Part shown: positions 60,337 through 64,000 of the stretch, one piece after another | Layout of the letters: every line of letters starts with the position of its first letter | How positions within the stretch are numbered: the stretch's first letter is position 1 | Source: Selaginella moellendorffii | Taxonomy: Eukaryota > Plantae > Lycopodiophyta | Direction: 5' to 3' | Assembly: GCF_000143415.4 (NCBI RefSeq) | Contig: NW_003314271.1 | Span: 2,671,729-2,735,728, forward strand | DNA length: 64,000 bases | Program-made: the position numbers and the translations under genes | Notes under the pieces: generated by a model | What the model was told of the DNA's origin: nothing | Seen by the model: only the letters and a program-made list of their open reading frames with translations | The model's database searches: none

Positions 60337-61446
60337 ATGACAAAGATGTTTGCTGTGATTCTAGCTCTAGCATTGGGGGCAGCAGTGGCAAACTTCGCCC
60401 AAGCCCAAGATGGTTCGTGCTCTTCTTCGAAGCCATGCCCACCGGGATACTGTTGTAGCAAATGGAACTACTGCGGCCAAGGCTCGGAATACTGCGGCAA
60501 TACTCCACCGGCACCACCATACGGAGGAACACCGCCTCCTCATCCATCGCCATCGCATCCATCTCCGCCCCATCACCCAAGTCCGCCGAGCCCCCCATCT
60601 CCATCCCACCCGGGCGGGAAAGGCAAGATCGCGGCTTACTGGGGACAGAATGGAAATGAAGGTCCTCTGGACAAGGTTTGCGCGAGCGACAACTACGAGA
60701 TCATCCTCCTCTCCTTCCTCAACGAGTTCGGCAACTTCCAGCGCCCGATGCTCAATCTCGCCGGCCACTGCGATCCATACTCCCACGGCTGCACTGTTCT
60801 AAGCGGTCAAATCAAGTCGTGCCAGTCAAGCGGGGTCAAAGTCTTGCTGTCGCTCGGCGGTGGCGACTCTCCCGGGAGATTGGTGAGCGATGCCGACGCC
60901 GCCGATCTCGCCAAGCGATTGTGGGCGAGCTTCCTCGGCGGGGATTCCTCGGACAGGCCCTTGGGCGACGCTGTTCTTGACGGGATCGATCTGGACGTGG
61001 AGTCGGGCGCCACCCCAGAGTTATACGCCGGGCTCGTTCGCCACCTTCGCAGCATTGCCGGGAGCTCCAAGGTTTTGGTGTCTGCCGCGCCGCAGTGCCC
61101 CTTCCCGGATGCAAATCTCGGCTCCGCGGTGCAAACTCCTGGATTGTTTGATTTCATCTTCGTGCAGTTCTACAACAATCCCCCCTGCGCATATGTTGAT
61201 GGCGACGATGGAAAGCTCCTGGATTCTTGGAAGCAGTGGTCTTCGTCGATTCCCAGCGCGAAGATCTATCTGGGATTGCCGGCGTCTCCGAGCGCTGCCG
61301 GGTCCGGGTTTCTTCCGGCTCATGTCGCGACGTCGAGCGTCTTGCCGGAGATCAAGTCATCTCACAACTATGGTGGAGTGATGCTTTGGTCGGTGTTTTA
61401 CGATCAGCAAGAGTCTTACAGCGAGTCCATCCAGTCCAGTGTTTAA
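60337..61446 (+). CDS. GH18 class III chitinase with an N-terminal hevein (CBM18) domain and Pro/His linker
   Basis: Signal peptide; CSSSKPCPPGYCCSKWNYCGQGSEYCG; PPPHPSPSHPSPP linker; catalytic DGIDLDVE. Confidence 0.95.
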   Translation: MTKMFAVILALALGAAVANFAQAQDGSCSSSKPCPPGYCCSKWNYCGQGSEYCGNTPPAPPYGGTPPPHPSPSHPSPPHHPSPPSPPSPSHPGGKGKIAAYWGQNGNEGPLDKVCASDNYEIILLSFLNEFGNFQRPMLNLAGHCDPYSHGCTVLSGQIKSCQSSGVKVLLSLGGGDSPGRLVSDADAADLAKRLWASFLGGDSSDRPLGDAVLDGIDLDVESGATPELYAGLVRHLRSIAGSSKVLVSAAPQCPFPDANLGSAVQTPGLFDFIFVQFYNNPPCAYVDGDDGKLLDSWKQWSSSIPSAKIYLGLPASPSAAGSGFLPAHVATSSVLPEIKSSHNYGGVMLWSVFYDQQESYSESIQSSV

Positions 61447-61753
61447 TCGCCTCTCTTTCGTATCTAATACATACATTGTTTTCTCTTTGATCGTGGCTCA
61501 TCGCCCAGAAAGGAAGGAAGTATAAAAAGAATGTGAGGGAGATTATCCCTTGGAATTTTCTTGTCAAAGTGATCCATAGAAACAACGTATGGTGGAAATT
61601 ATGCGTTGTGGAGGACTGGAAACCTCGTTTTTAACCTAGGTAAAGGAAGAAAGATAGGGCAGAAAGAGTGGCATCATGGGCGAGCTAACGCTAGGCGGGG
61701 ATCGTTGTCGCTCGCTATTCATCCACCAGTCCAATTAGGGTTTTAACAGAGGA

Positions 61754-63587
61754 ATGGCCGCGGCCATGGCGGCGGTGGCCGCTCCATCCGCGGCGGTCGC
61801 CAGGGCGCTGGAGGGCGACGCGGCGGCAGTGGCGCGATTTGCATCGCCAGGTATTTCGTGGGGGAGTGCGCTGCTCAAGCACAGAGCGGGGGATTCTCCG
61901 CGTTCTTGGCGTGGGAAGAGGTCCGGGAGGAGTGCATTCTCGGTGTGCTTGCTGCATGGGCTCGGGGGATTCTGGGATTCCTCCGATTCGGATTTCTCGG
62001 CGAAGAAAACCTACAATCCAGAGGTGGGAATCTCTCTCTAGGCAATCGGAGCTACTTTCTTATCTCTTCGTTTTGGTTTTTCTTCTTTGCAGAAGGACAA
62101 AGCGTTTCTTCTTAGCATGGTGGAGCAAATCGAGCCTCTAGACGTGAGTAGCATTAGCAAAGACGCGTCGGCTGATAGCATGGATGCGATGAAGAGGACC
62201 ATCTCTGGAATGCTTGGGCTACTACCGTCGGACCAGTTCAAAGTCACGATTGAAGCTTACAGAGAACCACTCGCAAAGCTCCTTGTGTCTTCGATGATGA
62301 CTGGGTAAGGCTTGGCTGTTTTTCTTCTTTGAAGATTCTCTCAGAGTCGTGTGTGATTCTCTTAACTCCTTTTCTTTTGTCTATTTTTTTCGCTCCATAG
62401 GTACACCCTCAGGAATGCCGAGTACAGGCTCTGCTTGCAAAGAAGTCTACAGCTCTCCGAGGAAGACCTTGCGAGCACGTCAGTTGCAAGTGACGTGAAA
62501 GAAAAAAAGTCACAAGACTTGGAGGACAGCCGTGCCTGTGATGCTTCGGACGAGACCGTTGGAGAGGGGAGTTGCAGTGACTCTTCGGTCTCGGAAGAAG
62601 TGGAGGCTTTGAACCTGCCTGGGAATCTGGGTTCCCTATCACGAGAAGCGCAGGATTACGTTAGCCATATACAGGCAAAAATGCTAGCGATGGAGAAGGT
62701 AATACTTCGTTTGGTTCTTCTTTTATGTAACTCTAATCTTGCAAATTCAGGAGCTCGAGGATTGCAAACGAGCTAAAACTGCACTGGAGATGGAGAAGCT
62801 TGTCGGGGATGAAAAGAACGACCTCCTTGACTACTTGAGATCTCTGGAACCAGACAAGGTCTGTGTTCCAAAAAGACCACATTGTCCCTTACGTTGATTG
62901 ACTGTTGTTTTCTTTCATCTTTCAGGTTGCCGAGCTCTCGCACCCGGCCTCTAAAGATGTGGAAGAGGTGATCCAGAAAGTAATCGACGGGCTGCTCAAT
63001 GGCCTGTGCAAGTCGAGACAATCAAAGCCACCGCCGCAGCTCAACGGTGGCGGATCCCCGCCGTCGAGTTCCATTTCAAGCCCGTGGAACAAGAGCAGCA
63101 GCTCGGCCGAGATGTTTGCGAACAACTTACCCCTGAAGTTCCAGTCGACGGCAACAGCAACCCGCGACTACCTCGCCCGACTCCTCTTCTGGTGCGTATC
63201 TCGTGCTTATTAACGTGTGATTTTGCAAGGAGTTTTGTCGAGGCCACCGTGCAGCGTTTGATACGAAACTGTGAATACCCAAGGTAAGGAAGGCATTCCT
63301 TTCAAAGCGAAATGGTGCTGTGTGGTGGCTACTCGGCTCCTGACACTTTCTAACATTGTCTAGTCTAGAGTTTTTTTTCTTACAGTTCTTTGCTTCCATG
63401 GATTCTAACGAGCATAATCGTGTGCTTGCAGGTGTATGCTCATGGGGCATCACATTCGCGGGCTGGAGTACCGGATGGAACTGAGCCACGCGCTCAGTTT
63501 GACAGGAGCTAGCGTGGAGGATTGAAAAAAGGAGATCAATCAGTCTGGCAAACCAGCGAAAACAAATCAAAGCGAAGATCAAAGTGA
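61754..63587 (+). CDS. DUF760 / UV-B-induced At3g17800-like plastid protein (multi-exon)
   Basis: Transit-peptide-like N-terminus; DAMKRTISGMLGLLPSDQF; LLVSSMMTG|YTLRNAEYR; KNDLLDYLRSLEP; RDYLARLLFW|CMLMGHHIRGLEYR. Confidence 0.9.
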
Positions 63588-64000
63588 AAGAACTCACGCA
63601 AGAGCTCGAGGAAGAACAAGGCTGTAAATTTAAGCGAAGGTGCTTGTTGTAGATTACAAACAAAAAATAATTTTTGCGTTCCTTCACGTTTGTAAGTCTT
63701 TCGAGCACGGAGATAAAGAACGTACTATCTTGAGCGGTCATTGTTTTCGTTTCTTCCTTTTGAGCCTTTTGGTTGGCTAGTTGTTGGACCAGCAGCCTTA
63801 TCCACGAATTTGTACATACGAGTACGAGTGACGTTTTCCTCGCGTATATATGTATAGAAAACGCAGTCGCTTTTGATCCACTTACGCTTCACTGCACGGC
63901 CAATGGATCAAAGCTTGGAAACTTGGAAAACTCCATAGCCAAAACCTTACCTTTCTAGAAGGGGTTTCTGGCTTTCACGCTCCCGCTCGCGTTCACTCAC

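Overview
Plant nuclear DNA. Dense GC-rich genes with 47-60 nt introns alternate with AT-rich transposon debris, a pattern that fits a lycophyte such as Selaginella (inference). Genes, in order: CCX cation/Ca2+ exchanger, SMP-30/gluconolactonase-like beta-propeller, farnesylcysteine lyase, tyrosine aminotransferase, an orphan ORF, a LysM GPI-anchored LYM/CEBiP-type protein, a 14-Cys secreted peptide, a P-class PPR protein, two tRNA-Ser genes, the FOLT1 carrier, a Glu-rich C2H2 protein, a single-DUF26 (Gnk2-like) protein, a divergent PP2C, an F-box protein, three tandem GH18 class III chitinases (one fused to a hevein domain) and a DUF760 protein. The centre (21445-37108) reconstructs as one minus-strand chromovirus LTR retrotransposon with an ATTAA target-site duplication, a Tf1-type self-priming PBS and a GGGAAAC slippery site. 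It is inflated from about 5.5 kb to 15.7 kb by a small hAT element and a ~9.6 kb insertion carrying an apparently intact cysteine-rich peptide gene whose Cys pattern I do not recognise. Best leads: that peptide, the hevein-GH18 fusion, the loose grouping of chitin/antifungal defence genes, an AGA-to-CGA tRNA anticodon switch and a 5S-derived (Cassandra-like) repeat. All calls come from reading the sequence; no database searches were run.
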